This document shows, one piece after another, positions 9,158 to 20,157 of a DNA stretch of 64,000 bases; the stretch's first letter is position 1; every line of letters starts with the position of its first letter. The notes below the pieces were generated by a model. The model searched no databases. It saw only the letters and a list, made by a program, of their open reading frames with translations, and was not told where the DNA came from. Origin of the DNA: Syntrophorhabdaceae bacterium (GTDB taxonomy: Bacteria > Desulfobacterota > Syntrophorhabdia > Syntrophorhabdales > Syntrophorhabdaceae); NCBI GenBank assembly GCA_963665295.1, contig OY762209.1, positions 4,000,001 to 4,064,000 on the forward strand. Reading direction: 5' to 3'. Position numbers and translations under genes: made by a program.

Positions 9158-10369
9158 TTATTTTACAAGGATCTTGTTCATTTCAAAAAGAGGAAGAAGG
9201 ACGGACACAAGGACAAAAGAGACCACCACCCCCATGGCCATTATTATCACGGGCTCGACCATGGATGTAAAGGCCGTAATCTTCTGATTGACGTTTACCT
9301 CATAATACTCCGATACACGGGCGAGCATCTCCTCCACATTGCCTCCACTCTCACCCACCGACACCATATCCGCCACGTATGAAGGGAAGACCTCGGTGCT
9401 TCTTATAGCCACAGACAGGTCCGACCCGCCTTCGACCATTTCCGCCATCTTCATGATGTTCTCCGACACAATCACGCTTTTCATGGTCCTGCTCACCACC
9501 ACGATGGACTGAACCATCGTGACACCGCTTCTTAAGAGGGTGGACATAATCCTCGTGAACCTATTGACCAGGATCATAGTGTAAAGGTTACCATAGACCG
9601 GCAGCCTGAGAAGCATTGAATCCCAGGTCCTCCTCCCTTTGGGGCTTCTTTTTATCCATTGAGAGAGTGCAACGCCCCCGGCAATCATGATGACCACCAC
9701 AATAAGCATATAATTATTCACAAAAGCGGCTGTTCCAAGCAGGAGTCGCGTGGGCGTGGGCAACTTCTGGTTCATTCGTTCGAAAATCTTCATCACCATG
9801 GGAACAACCACCACCATGAGAAACATAAGGACTCCCGTTCCCACGGTCGCCATGATTGCGGGATAGATGAGGGCCGTTCGGATCTTTCCCCTGAGTATGG
9901 CCCTGTCTTCAAGCAGGTCGGCCTGGTAGGTGAGAATCGAATCGATAGCTCCGCTTCTTTCCCCCGCCTGAACCGAATAGACGAAAAGCTCGTCAAATAT
10001 CTTCGGATAGGTCTTGAGCGCATCCGAAAGAGAGGCGCCACCTTTCACCTGGTCACGAAGGGAGCCTACGATCTCCTTTTCCTTCTCGCCGTCAAGCTGA
10101 TTCGTAATAATCGCGAGAGCCTGGAACAGGGGGACACCCCCTTTCAGAAGGGAAGACAACTGACGTGCCAACTGTATGGGCAGTTTCTTCCTTACCCCGA
10201 AGGAGAAGAGGATCCTCTTCCTCTCCTGTGTCCTGCCCGTCTCTTTGAGCGACACAAGGTAGAGTCCCTTCTTCTTTATCCCGGCTCTTGCCGAAACTTC
10301 CCCGTCGGCCTCCAGATAGCCCGTCTCGGGCCTGCCGGATTTGTTGAGTGCCTTGTATTTGAATCTCAT
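9158..10369 (-). CDS. gspF: Type II secretion inner membrane platform protein GspF
   Basis: FKYKALN..G, RQLSSLL.GGVPL..AL, AGERSG, ALIYP, VGESGG.V.EML.RV..YYE, EPVII. Confidence 0.95.
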   Translation of the reverse strand: MRFKYKALNKSGRPETGYLEADGEVSARAGIKKKGLYLVSLKETGRTQERKRILFSFGVRKKLPIQLARQLSSLLKGGVPLFQALAIITNQLDGEKEKEIVGSLRDQVKGGASLSDALKTYPKIFDELFVYSVQAGERSGAIDSILTYQADLLEDRAILRGKIRTALIYPAIMATVGTGVLMFLMVVVVPMVMKIFERMNQKLPTPTRLLLGTAAFVNNYMLIVVVIMIAGGVALSQWIKRSPKGRRTWDSMLLRLPVYGNLYTMILVNRFTRIMSTLLRSGVTMVQSIVVVSRTMKSVIVSENIMKMAEMVEGGSDLSVAIRSTEVFPSYVADMVSVGESGGNVEEMLARVSEYYEVNVNQKITAFTSMVEPVIIMAMGVVVSFVLVSVLLPLFEMNKILVK

Positions 10370-10538
10370 AGGCTTTATTCGGGTCATAGTATATCACAAA
10401 ACCAGGCCCCTATTCATGAGTGCGTGAAATTACCGGTTATTTTCCCGGGAAATCCCGATAAATTTCTGATAGACTATATCCCATGGCGATACCGTGTCCC
10501 TTTTTACGCCGGACTTTCCACAAGAGAGAAATCCCGGA

Positions 10539-11135
10539 ATGATTCTCAAGGTTAAGGCCCTCAGGCAATATGGGCTGCCGTTTGCCGCTTCCACGTTGTG
10601 CGCCGTGGTCATACCGGCCGTCCTGCTCATGTTGGTCCATTCATCCTTCCTGGCCATTCCCGTGCAGGCGGGAGCCGCATTCAACGCCGTAAAACCCGCG
10701 CCCGCAAAGGATGCCCAGACGAACGGCACGGCAGACTTCAGCATAATCGCGGAAAGGAACCTCTTCCGCGCAAAGCTGAAGGTTGAACTCCCCAAACCCA
10801 AAACGCCTAAGGAACTGGAAGAAGAGGCCCTCACAAACATAATACGCCCGATGATATTGAAAGGGGTGTGGCTCGGGCAGAACAACAACGACATCTTTGC
10901 GGTCATCGACAGGGGTCCCCAGAGGGGCGTTTGGATCTACAGAGTCGGCGACAGCGCGGACAGAGGCCTTGTTGTCTCGGAAATCCAGCAGAATTCCGTT
11001 ATTCTCAAAAAGGATGATTTTGTTGCCTCTCTCAAGCTCTTTGCCAAGGGTTTTCAGAGAGTTCATCCCAAGAGCGGGGAAACCCGCACTGAAGGGTCAG
11101 GCCCGGACAGGCCCCGACCGGACAGGCCACGGTGA
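10539..11135 (+). CDS. gspC: Type II secretion protein GspC-like (TM + HR domain, no PDZ)
   Basis: TM, then I.ERNLF, LKGV..G....FAVI, IYRVGD, V.EI...SVIL. Confidence 0.7.
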   Translation: MILKVKALRQYGLPFAASTLCAVVIPAVLLMLVHSSFLAIPVQAGAAFNAVKPAPAKDAQTNGTADFSIIAERNLFRAKLKVELPKPKTPKELEEEALTNIIRPMILKGVWLGQNNNDIFAVIDRGPQRGVWIYRVGDSADRGLVVSEIQQNSVILKKDDFVASLKLFAKGFQRVHPKSGETRTEGSGPDRPRPDRPR

Positions 11136-11289
11136 CCGTCCCGAGAACGGCCGCCCTCTCATCGGGACGGCCCATCCAAGCCCTGCCAAAAAGTCATCCG
11201 TAACACAGAGTGGACGGCAATACAAGAAAAAACCGTTTATTAATAAGAGAAATAATGTATAATAACCTCAAATAAGCAGAGGGGAGTAA

Positions 11290-13257
11290 ATGACGTTAAG
11301 GATACAGGCCTGCGTTATCGCATTAGTTTTTCTTCTTTCGTCAACTCTATACGGACAAGAGAAACCACCGCAGCCGCCTGCGCCGCCCACCGCGGGAGAA
11401 AAGGCTCCGGAAACCCAGGAGGGTCAGAAAAAGGCGCAACAGCCCCCTGCCCCACCCACCGCCGCGGAACAGGCTCAGGAACCCTCGCCAGGACAGGAGG
11501 GTCAGGAAACCAAGCGACTTCCCCGGATCAAGAAAACCCCCCAGCCGGATTTGTCCGAACAGCCTCTGCGTTCTTCTCCCATACCTCCAGGTTCGCAGGG
11601 GAGAAGAGAAACCCTCCCTCCGCATAGCGGTCCGGGCGCCCGGATGGTGCGGCCCTTGTCGTCCACACCCTCGTCGAGCGGCCCCATCAGGATGAACTTC
11701 GACAACGTGGAACTCCGTGACCTTATCCGCTTCATGAGCAATGTGATGGGCAAAAACGTTGTCTTTGACGAGAACCTGATCCGGGGAAAAGTGACGGTCC
11801 TTTCCCCCAAGAACCTTACGAAGGACGAGGTATTCAGACTCTTCGTCACTACTATGAACTACTTCGGTTTCGCGGTCGTACCCACACCGGAGGCGATAAA
11901 AGTGGTCAGGCAGACGGATGCCAGGGGGATGGCCCTCGAAAAGCTGGAAAGAAGCTCCCTTTCGGACCTGCCACCCGAAGACAGGTTTATGACCTATGTT
12001 CACAACCTGGAATATCTCGATTCCACCACCATGGTCGGCGTTTTGAAGCCCATGATGTCAAAAGATGCCCATATCGTCGCCATTCCATCCACGAACACGC
12101 TCATTATGATCGATACGGGATCAAACATCCAGCGGATAAAGAGAATCCTCGTTGAAATCGACATCCCCATTTCAAAGCAATTAGGGAGCCTGAGGGTTTA
12201 CAATGTGCAACACACGAACGCGGTGGATCTTGCGAAGACGATTCAGGCCCTTTTGTCCGAAAGCAAGAAAGCGCAGACCCCCAAGGAAAAGATCTTCGTC
12301 ACCTCTTACGCATCCACAAACGCTCTTCTCATCAGCGCGCCTCCGGAAGACATGATGGAGATAGAGCGCATAATCAGCGAGCTTGATACCTTGAGACCAC
12401 AGGTCCTGGTAGAGGCCGCTATTATGGAAGTCACCACCATCAAGGGCGAGCAGTTCGGCGTCGAATGGCTCTCAGGGACCAACGGTCTCGGCTTGGCGGG
12501 TGGATTTGTGAAGAGTGCGGATTCCAACTATATCCCTACGTCCCAGGCCCTTCTCAACGGCACCACAACCAATTCGGCAGTATCTACCGCGATCGGCACC
12601 CTGAGCGGGTTCAACATAGGGGTGCAGGCCGGCAGCATCACGTACAAAGGTGTCACCTATCCTGCCATAAGCGCATTGGTTCGCGCACTCAGCACCCAGG
12701 ACAATGTGAATATCCTTTCCACACCTCAGCTTCTCACCGTGAACAACGAGGAGGCCGAGATCATCGTAGGCGAGAACCGGCCTTACCAGACGAGTTCGAG
12801 ACTCGACGCCTCCGGAAATCCAACCTATTCATACGAATACAAGGATGTGGGTATCAAGCTCAAGATCAAACCCCAGATTAACAAGGACGGTTATGTAAAT
12901 CTCAATATATACCAGGAAGTCTCACAGATCAGCACCAACTCCAATACAGGGGCCCTTGCCCCGACCACGCTCAAGAGGTCGACAAAGACGACGGTCGTGG
13001 TCAAGGATTCTCAGACCGTCGTGATAAGCGGATTGATCAAGGACAATCTGAACGCAAGTTCCCAGGGCATTCCTTTTTTGAGCTCCATACCCATCATAGG
13101 GTATCTCTTCGGGTCAAAGACGAAATCGAACGAGAAGACGAACCTCCTTGTCTTTCTCACGCCCAGGATCATCTATACCGCCGAGCATCTGAACGATGTG
13201 ACAAACATGAAGAAACAGGAGCAGGAACAAATGCTCTTCCAAGGAAAGAAACCATAA
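11290..13257 (+). CDS. gspD: Type II secretion secretin GspD
   Basis: Signal peptide, N0 domain ([12 protein letters not shown]), [60 protein letters not shown]. Confidence 0.96.
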   Translation: MTLRIQACVIALVFLLSSTLYGQEKPPQPPAPPTAGEKAPETQEGQKKAQQPPAPPTAAEQAQEPSPGQEGQETKRLPRIKKTPQPDLSEQPLRSSPIPPGSQGRRETLPPHSGPGARMVRPLSSTPSSSGPIRMNFDNVELRDLIRFMSNVMGKNVVFDENLIRGKVTVLSPKNLTKDEVFRLFVTTMNYFGFAVVPTPEAIKVVRQTDARGMALEKLERSSLSDLPPEDRFMTYVHNLEYLDSTTMVGVLKPMMSKDAHIVAIPSTNTLIMIDTGSNIQRIKRILVEIDIPISKQLGSLRVYNVQHTNAVDLAKTIQALLSESKKAQTPKEKIFVTSYASTNALLISAPPEDMMEIERIISELDTLRPQVLVEAAIMEVTTIKGEQFGVEWLSGTNGLGLAGGFVKSADSNYIPTSQALLNGTTTNSAVSTAIGTLSGFNIGVQAGSITYKGVTYPAISALVRALSTQDNVNILSTPQLLTVNNEEAEIIVGENRPYQTSSRLDASGNPTYSYEYKDVGIKLKIKPQINKDGYVNLNIYQEVSQISTNSNTGALAPTTLKRSTKTTVVVKDSQTVVISGLIKDNLNASSQGIPFLSSIPIIGYLFGSKTKSNEKTNLLVFLTPRIIYTAEHLNDVTNMKKQEQEQMLFQGKKP

Positions 13258-14780
13258 TGGAGCCTGCTCTGGTCGAGTCTGACCCTCTCAGCCCGATTCC
13301 CACCAATATCGCACGCATACCCTACACCTTCTTCCAGAAGAACGGCATCGTCCCGCTGGGTTGCCGGGAGAACAACTCGGTTCTCGTAGTGGCGGTTCAC
13401 GAGGACGGGGAGAGCAACAAGTCAGATATATTGGGCGTCTACGCCAACATGCAGGTCGAAAAACAGTACGTAACGAAAGAAGAGTTCGAGACACACCTCC
13501 ACAACTTCAAGGAGGAGCAGGGCCGTGAGGTGGTAATAGGTGTGGTCGAAGGGCTTGAAGGCAGCATCTCCGATATCGCCCAGGAAATACCCAATGGTCA
13601 CGACCTTCAGGACGACGCAGCAAATGAGCCGCCCATCATCAAGCTTGTCAATCTGGTCTTCTCCATTGCGATCCAGGATAGGGCGAGCGACATACATATC
13701 CAGCCCCTCGAGCATGAGGTCAGGGTAAGGTTCAGAATAGACGGCCTGCTCTACGACATTTACAGGCTTCCAAAAAGGACTCAGAACGCCGTGGTGTCGA
13801 GGATAAAGGTTATGTCGGGTCTTGATGTGGCTGAAAAGAGGATGCCTCAGGACGGAAGAATCAAGCTGAGAATAACAGGGCGCGAAATCGATGTCAGAGT
13901 TTCGATCATCCCATCCGTATACGGGGAGCAGGTCGTAATGAGACTCCTCGACAAGGGCGCAACGCTTATTACTCTTGAGGAGATCGGTGTAGCGGGATTG
14001 AATAAAACCATATCCTCCCTCATCCAGAGGCCGCAGGGCGTGTTTCTCGTTACCGGTCCCACCGGGAGCGGCAAGACGACAACCCTTTATTCCGCGCTCC
14101 AGCACATCAACACTGCGGAAAAGAATATCCTTACCATCGAAGACCCGGTCGAATACGTGCTCCAGGGTATCGCACAGATGCAGGTAAACCCCAAGATCCA
14201 CCTCGACTTCGCCAAGGCCCTCAGGTCTTTCCTTAGACAGGACCCTGATGTCATCATGGTCGGAGAGATAAGGGATGAAGAGACTGCCCAGATCGCCATC
14301 CAGGCCGCTCTCACCGGCCACCTCGTCTTTTCCACGCTCCATACGAACGACTCTGCAAGCGCCCTCACCCGGCTTATCGATATGGGGGTTGAACCTTATC
14401 TTCTTACTTCATCGATAACAGCGATCCTCGCCCAGCGTCTCGTGAGAAAAATTTGCCCCCTTTGCAGGGAGTCGTACCAGGTATCGGATTTTGAGCAGGA
14501 ACTTCTCCCGGATTACTTCAGGGAGGGACCCAGGCCCCTCTACAAGGGCAAAGGCTGCGATAACTGCCTCAGTACGGGGTTCTCAGGCAGGGTCGGTATC
14601 TTCGAGCTGCTTACCCTCTCTACCCGTATCAGGCAGATGGTGCAGGAGAAGGCGTCGTCAGAGGAAATCAAGGCTCAGGCTATCAAGGAAGGCATGACCA
14701 CCCTCAGACAGGACGGAATAAACAAGGCGTTCCAAGGCGTCACAACCCTCTCCGAGGTCATGAGAGTCTCTATAGAATAG
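13257..14780 (+). CDS. gspE: Type II secretion ATPase GspE
   Basis: [55 protein letters not shown], CxxC...CxxC. Confidence 0.97.
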   Translation: MEPALVESDPLSPIPTNIARIPYTFFQKNGIVPLGCRENNSVLVVAVHEDGESNKSDILGVYANMQVEKQYVTKEEFETHLHNFKEEQGREVVIGVVEGLEGSISDIAQEIPNGHDLQDDAANEPPIIKLVNLVFSIAIQDRASDIHIQPLEHEVRVRFRIDGLLYDIYRLPKRTQNAVVSRIKVMSGLDVAEKRMPQDGRIKLRITGREIDVRVSIIPSVYGEQVVMRLLDKGATLITLEEIGVAGLNKTISSLIQRPQGVFLVTGPTGSGKTTTLYSALQHINTAEKNILTIEDPVEYVLQGIAQMQVNPKIHLDFAKALRSFLRQDPDVIMVGEIRDEETAQIAIQAALTGHLVFSTLHTNDSASALTRLIDMGVEPYLLTSSITAILAQRLVRKICPLCRESYQVSDFEQELLPDYFREGPRPLYKGKGCDNCLSTGFSGRVGIFELLTLSTRIRQMVQEKASSEEIKAQAIKEGMTTLRQDGINKAFQGVTTLSEVMRVSIE

Positions 14781-14844
14781 GCGGCCTGGGCGGATAGCCT
14801 CCGCCGATGGGCGTGTATCCTCACCTGTAGCCCGCTGACGTGCT

Positions 14845-15777
14845 TTAACGGTGGGGTTTTATGTAGAACACGTTGTCGCCGAAGTGGTAGCTCTCGATAA
14901 CTCCCGAATGCTCCAGAACGGCAAGACCACTTTTCGCCTTCAGGTATGGCACTCCGGTGATCCTTATAATATCTTCGAGGTTCATGGATCTTCTTTCCAG
15001 TATGTCAAGGACCTTCTCTTCCCACCCCTCTTCCTCGTTCCCTACTTCGACCGCTTTCTCAAAGGAACACACAACCTCACAGTTATCTCCAAGGTAATTG
15101 CACACCTTCTCAAGCTCCGCGGGTTCCATCATCCCCCTTATTTCCACATTGGGCGGTCTCGTTACCGTGTTAAGCTGGACCTTATCTACTCCGATATAAT
15201 GGATAATGTCCTTGAATTTTGCCAGTTCCTCGGGGTCGTCATTCACGTCCCGTACCATCATGATCTCAAGCCATATCCGGCCTCGATAAACGCTCCGGAA
15301 ACTCTTCAGGCCCTCTATCATCACGTCCAGGTCGATAAGAGGGTGCGGTCTGTTGATGTAGTGAAAAATATCCTCACTTGCCGCATCCAGGGATGGCAGG
15401 ACCACGTCGGCGTCCATAAGATCATTGCGCACGTCCTGTCTGAATAAAAGCGACCCGTTTGTAATGACCGCCACAGGTATATTCACCCTCTTCTTGATCT
15501 CCCGGATCATGGTGCCCAAATCGCTATTCAGGGTAGGTTCACCCGAACCGGAAAAAGTCACGAAATCGACGTGCTTCGCCCCCTCTATCTCCCTGATTAC
15601 CTCACCCACCACATCTTCCACCTCAAAGAACCTTCTGCGCTCCACTTCAAGGCACGTGGTCTTACCGATCTGGCAATAGAGGCAATCGAAACTGCAGTAC
15701 TTCGGCAAGATAGTGTCGACGCCCAATGAAAAACCCAATCTTCTCGAAGGGACCGGTCCAAAGACATGCTTGTTCAT
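14845..15777 (-). CDS. Radical SAM protein (COG0731/TYW1-like Fe-S oxidoreductase) with C-terminal wHTH-like segment
   Basis: GPVPSRRLG.SLGVD, CSFDCLYC (CxxxCxxC), TFSGSGEPTL, ITNGSLL. Confidence 0.85.
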   Translation of the reverse strand: MNKHVFGPVPSRRLGFSLGVDTILPKYCSFDCLYCQIGKTTCLEVERRRFFEVEDVVGEVIREIEGAKHVDFVTFSGSGEPTLNSDLGTMIREIKKRVNIPVAVITNGSLLFRQDVRNDLMDADVVLPSLDAASEDIFHYINRPHPLIDLDVMIEGLKSFRSVYRGRIWLEIMMVRDVNDDPEELAKFKDIIHYIGVDKVQLNTVTRPPNVEIRGMMEPAELEKVCNYLGDNCEVVCSFEKAVEVGNEEEGWEEKVLDILERRSMNLEDIIRITGVPYLKAKSGLAVLEHSGVIESYHFGDNVFYIKPHR

Positions 15778-15880
15778 AGGCAACATAATAAACGATTATC
15801 AGAAAAAAAGTAAATAGCTTCGCGGTAAGAAGCTTGTTTATATTGACATTTCACCCGCGATATACTAATAATAAACACAC

Positions 15881-15957
15881 GGGCGATTAGCTCAGATGGT
15901 TAGAGCGCTGGTCTCACATACCAGAGGTCGTTGGTTCGAATCCAATATCGCCCACCA
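15881..15957 (+). tRNA. tRNA-Val (CAC)
   Basis: Cloverleaf with anticodon arm ctggt-ctCACat-accag, GTTCGAATCC T-arm and encoded CCA. Confidence 0.96.
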
Positions 15958-15978
15958 TTCAACCTTTCAGGGGGATTA

Positions 15979-16731
15979 ATGTCGGGTCACAGCAAATGGA
16001 GTTCGATTAAGCATAAAAAAGGTGCGGCTGATGCCAAAAGAGGCAAGATTTTTACGAAGTTGATCAGAGAAATAACTACCGCTGCACGTATGGCCGGAGG
16101 AGATCCGGAGTCGAACTCAAGGTTGAGGGTGGCTATCGCCCAGGCGAAATCCGAAAATATGCCCAAAGACAATATTGAAAAGGCCATCAAGAAGGGCACG
16201 AGTTCAGGCGAAGGCGGAGTGAACTACGAGGAACACATCTATGAAGGATACGGCCCCGGAGGCACTGCGGTCCTTGTGGCAGCCCTGACCGACAACAAGA
16301 TGAGAACCACCGCCGAGGTGCGTCACGCCTTTTCAAGGCTTAACGGCAACATGGCAGAAGCAGGGAGCGTTTCATGGCAGTTCAGCAAGAAAGGGCTCAT
16401 TACCTTCGACAGGGCCACCGTGGACGAGGACAGCCTCATGGAGCTCGCTCTCGAGGCGGGCGCGGAGGATATTTCCGATGAGGGCGATGTGGTTGAGGTC
16501 TATACGGACCTTTCAAGTTTTGAAAAAGTGAGAAAGGTCTTTGACGAGAAGGGACTGAAGTACCTCTCCTCGGAAATGGCCATGATTCCCCAGACCACGG
16601 TAAAACTGGAAGGGAGAAACGCGGAAACAATGCTCAAACTCATGGAGACGTTGGAAGACTCCGACGACGTCCAGAACGTATATGCAAATTTCGATATCTC
16701 CGAAGAGGAACTGGAGCGGTTAAGCCAATAG
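15979..16731 (+). CDS. yebC: YebC/PmpR family protein
   Basis: [42 protein letters not shown]. Confidence 0.97.
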   Translation: MSGHSKWSSIKHKKGAADAKRGKIFTKLIREITTAARMAGGDPESNSRLRVAIAQAKSENMPKDNIEKAIKKGTSSGEGGVNYEEHIYEGYGPGGTAVLVAALTDNKMRTTAEVRHAFSRLNGNMAEAGSVSWQFSKKGLITFDRATVDEDSLMELALEAGAEDISDEGDVVEVYTDLSSFEKVRKVFDEKGLKYLSSEMAMIPQTTVKLEGRNAETMLKLMETLEDSDDVQNVYANFDISEEELERLSQ

Positions 16732-16767
16732 GCTTTCCCCCGGATTCTATTCAGCTGCATCTTTAAG

Positions 16768-17364
16768 TCAGATACCTTTCCTGTTTTCAAACGAGCTTTT
16801 TATCGTAAGGGGGTCGATATAGACGATATCGCCTCCCACCGGAACACCGGATGCGATCCTCGTTATCTTCACGTCCACCTGTTTCAAAAGCTCGCCTATG
16901 TAGTGTGCCGTCGTATTTCCTTCGATATTCGGGTTGGTCGCTATTATCAGTTCCTTTATCCCTTCCCTCTCGATTCGGGCCTTCAGTTCCTTGATCCGTA
17001 CCTCATCGGGACCTATGCCTTCTATGGGGTTGATCACCCCGTGGAGGATATGATAACGGTATACTCCGGGGTTTGCCGACTCCACCACCATCATATGGGA
17101 TGACTCCTCGACCACGCATACCGTGGACTTATCCCTTTTCTCGTCCGCGCATATCCTGCACGGGTCCGAGTCGGTAATGTTAAAGCAGACGCTGCACAAT
17201 CTGATCTTTTCCTTAATGTCCAGAAGGCTCCCCGACAACTCCGAAATGTAGCTTTCCTTGCTGTTCAGCAGGAAGAAGGCAAGCCGCGTTGCGGTCTTCT
17301 TGCCGATACCCGGCAGCCTGCTCAAATTCTCTATAAGACGCTCTATCGGTTCCGGATAGTACAT
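16768..17364 (-). CDS. recR: Recombination protein RecR
   Basis: LPGIGKKTA.RLAF, C4 zinc finger, CVVE, IATNPNIEG..TA.Y, TRIASGVPVG. Confidence 0.97.
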   Translation of the reverse strand: MYYPEPIERLIENLSRLPGIGKKTATRLAFFLLNSKESYISELSGSLLDIKEKIRLCSVCFNITDSDPCRICADEKRDKSTVCVVEESSHMMVVESANPGVYRYHILHGVINPIEGIGPDEVRIKELKARIEREGIKELIIATNPNIEGNTTAHYIGELLKQVDVKITRIASGVPVGGDIVYIDPLTIKSSFENRKGI

Positions 17365-17679
17365 TTACATTCCAAAAGGCAATTGCAGGCCGCCTGTAAT
17401 CTTGGACATCTCTTCCTGAAGCATGTCTTTCGATTTGTTAAGGCCTTCATTTACTGCTGCAATGATAAGGTCTTCAAGCAGTTCTTTGTCCCGCTCTTCC
17501 CATATCTCGTCGGCAATCTTGACGGACAGCACTTCCTGCTTTCCATTCACGACACAGGTTACCATTCCCCCGCCCGACTGTGCCTCAATCGTCTTGTCCG
17601 CCATTTCATCCTGCATCTTTTGGAACTTTTCCTGCATCTTTTTTGCCTGGCTTAAGAGCTGGCCTAACTGTTTTGACAT
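17365..17679 (-). CDS. ybaB: Nucleoid-associated protein YbaB/EbfC
   Basis: QAKKMQE...SGGGMV...NG...LEDLI.AAVN; lies between dnaX and recR. Confidence 0.96.
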   Translation of the reverse strand: MSKQLGQLLSQAKKMQEKFQKMQDEMADKTIEAQSGGGMVTCVVNGKQEVLSVKIADEIWEERDKELLEDLIIAAVNEGLNKSKDMLQEEMSKITGGLQLPFGM

Positions 17680-17689
17680 ATTACCTCCT

Positions 17690-19276
17690 TCATACGTTAA
17701 ATAAGGTTTCCGCTTCCCTTACGAAGTCTTGAAGTCCATTTCTCTTCACTTCGCCTCCGTCCCGGAATACAAGTCCTATTTCCTTTCCAAAGAACTCCCT
17801 CAACAATTGCCTGATCTCTTCCTTCTGACTCGGGTCATCCATAATAGAGGCCGTCTGTTTCTCACTGAACACGACAATGCTGTCCCCTTCCATCTTTACC
17901 ACGAGGTCGCTCAGTATACTTCCGATAAGAGGCTTCTTGCCCTTCAGATACTCTACAAATCCGGCCGCATCCAAACTCCGCGGCGCCGGCGCTCTTTCCG
18001 GTTCCTTTTCCCGAACCGTCGCGCGAACAGCCTCCTCTCCGGAGGAACGGTCCATGGGAGGGGCGTACGTGTCTTTTCTTGCCCTCTCCTCACTCTCGTG
18101 AGCCACAGGTCTGATCTCTTCCGCCGCCATCGGCCGGGTATGCGTTTCATGTCTCGCAAGGTTGTCTATGACCTTCTCCACATCCCTGAGTTTGGACAGG
18201 TTGTAAAGATTAATATAGAAAACCTCCAGCGATACTCTCGGGAAAATGCCCTTCAGCAGGTCTTCCGATTTGAGCATGTAGTGGAGCATATTCTGAATCT
18301 CATAATATTCGAGATTTTCGGACAATTCGAGGACCTTCTTCTGCTCTTCCTCGCCGAGGTACAGGAAAGAAGGCATTCCGTCGCACACCTTTATCATCAG
18401 CATGTTTCTGAGAACGGACACAAGCCCTTTATATATCTGATATATGTCGTTGCCGTCGTTCAAAGCCCTCTCGATTGCCTCGAACCCCATCCTCAGATTT
18501 CCGTCCACAATGGATCGCACAATTCCGTACAACAGGTCTTTTTCAACGATCCCGATTATACCGATCACGTCTTTTTCTGCGATATGTTTGCCGCTGAAGG
18601 CAATAATCTGGTCAAGCAGCGATTCGGCATCTCTCAGTCCGCCATCCGCTTCGGCGGCTATATATTGAAAGACCCCGTCGTCGTAGGTTATGTCTTCGTC
18701 TTGGCAGATACGCTTCAATTGCTCGATAATATCGGCCTCAGGAATCCTTCTGAAGTCAAAACGCTGGCATCTCGACATGATCGTATAGGGGATCTTCTGT
18801 GCTTCCGTGGTGGCAAGGATAAAGATACTGTGGCCGGGAGGCTCTTCGAGGGTTTTCAGAAAGGCATTACGGGCCTCGGTAGTGAGCATGTGCGCTTCGT
18901 CAAGTATATACACCTTATACGTACCCTTCATGGGCATATAACGCACGGTCTCGCGAAGCTCTTTTATATCGTCTATGCCTCTTGCCGAGGCAGCGTCGAT
19001 CTCTATGATATCTACGAAGTTACCATTATCTATGGCTATGCAGTTTTCACACGTATCACAGGGCTCTTCCGTCTCCCGGTTCGTGCAGTTTACGGCTTTT
19101 GCAAGTATGCGGGCCAGGGAAGTTTTCCCCACGCCTCTGGGACCCGTAAACAAATAGGCATGCGGTATTCTGTTGAACTTAATCGAATTCCTGAGGGTAG
19201 TGACTATGTGGGGCTGGCCGATCACATCACCGAACTTCCTAGGCCGCCACCTTCGCGCTATAACGGTATAATTCAA
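17690..19276 (-). CDS. dnaX: DNA polymerase III subunit gamma/tau (TTG start inferred)
   Basis: ARRWRP..F.DVIGQ, HAYLFTGPRGVGKTS, EIDAAS, ILDEAHML, FLKTLEEPP, SRCQRFDF. Confidence 0.97.
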   Translation of the reverse strand: MNYTVIARRWRPRKFGDVIGQPHIVTTLRNSIKFNRIPHAYLFTGPRGVGKTSLARILAKAVNCTNRETEEPCDTCENCIAIDNGNFVDIIEIDAASARGIDDIKELRETVRYMPMKGTYKVYILDEAHMLTTEARNAFLKTLEEPPGHSIFILATTEAQKIPYTIMSRCQRFDFRRIPEADIIEQLKRICQDEDITYDDGVFQYIAAEADGGLRDAESLLDQIIAFSGKHIAEKDVIGIIGIVEKDLLYGIVRSIVDGNLRMGFEAIERALNDGNDIYQIYKGLVSVLRNMLMIKVCDGMPSFLYLGEEEQKKVLELSENLEYYEIQNMLHYMLKSEDLLKGIFPRVSLEVFYINLYNLSKLRDVEKVIDNLARHETHTRPMAAEEIRPVAHESEERARKDTYAPPMDRSSGEEAVRATVREKEPERAPAPRSLDAAGFVEYLKGKKPLIGSILSDLVVKMEGDSIVVFSEKQTASIMDDPSQKEEIRQLLREFFGKEIGLVFRDGGEVKRNGLQDFVREAETLFNV

Positions 19277-19380
19277 CGGAGAGGACCTCGCCTCACATTC
19301 CACTTCCGGTATTCAGCAAAATCAAGCCGCTTGTTCCTCACTCTTCATGCTCCATCTTTTGCTTTCCGCCCCGTCAATTA

Positions 19381-19483
19381 TAAAACCAGGCTACCTGCGG
19401 CACACGCGATAGTCACTACCGCTGCTTTCTTCCGAACCTGACGGGGTTTGTAACCTCAACGTTGCGCAGGGCCTGGCGTTTTA
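19381..19483 (-). ncRNA. ffs: Signal recognition particle RNA (4.5S)
   Basis: The minus strand has the helix-8 motif GTCAGGTTCGGAAGAAAGCAGC within a long hairpin; canonical position between tRNA-Ser and dnaX. Confidence 0.92.
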
Positions 19484-19491
19484 CACAATTA

Positions 19492-19585
19492 TGGCGGAGA
19501 GAGAGGGATTTGAACCCTCGGAACGCGTTTTAGCACGTTCACACGATTTCCAGTCGTGCTCCTTCAGCCGCTCGGACATCTCTCC
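19492..19585 (-). tRNA. tRNA-Ser (GGA)
   Basis: GGAGAGATGTCCGAGCGG..., anticodon arm cacga-ctGGAaa-tcgtg, long variable arm, encoded GCCA end. Confidence 0.96.
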
Positions 19586-20157
19586 GATATTTGTTTTATA
19601 TACCACAGATAGCAAAGCGGACACAAGTAAATCACAACGACATTTTTCGCGCTCCTTCCCTTTCGGTTCATATCCGGCCGCCCATGCGCTCTCACGGGCC
19701 CCCTACCGCACCGACAAATTTGTCGGACCCTTCCGGCCCGGCGACATTTCTGTTACGCCGACCTCGACCCGCTCACAAAATCCTTTCCCGCGCCGGCCCT
19801 TTCATATTATAATACCCGTTAGTCTGTATGAAGAGTTAACAGGAGCCAATGACGGCCGGGGGGACATGGCATGTATCTTGCTCTTTACGTACCTTGATAA
19901 AAGATGAATACGGCAAAGCGATGGACCCACGACCTTCATCGCATTAATCTCATGCGGCGGGTGTGCGCACGGACTCCGGGTCTCGACAGCAGCCATTATT
20001 GGGTGAGATCCATTTTCGCCTGCCGAATATATACACGTGCCGGGCGGGGTATCGGGCAAAGTACCGGAGGAACGGGAGAATATCCCGGAAAATTGCACGG
20101 ATTTACCGCCATATGGACAGGATCCGGGCAATAATAAAGTCAAACATAAGGAGAGAA

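Noticed and set aside
17690..19276. Programmed dnaX frameshift (A AAA AAG) or poly-A slippage site
   Set aside because: No A6G heptamer or long A-run was found on the coding strand by eye.
17729..19441. 570-aa plus-strand ORF
   Set aside because: It is antisense to dnaX and ffs and has no recognisable motifs.
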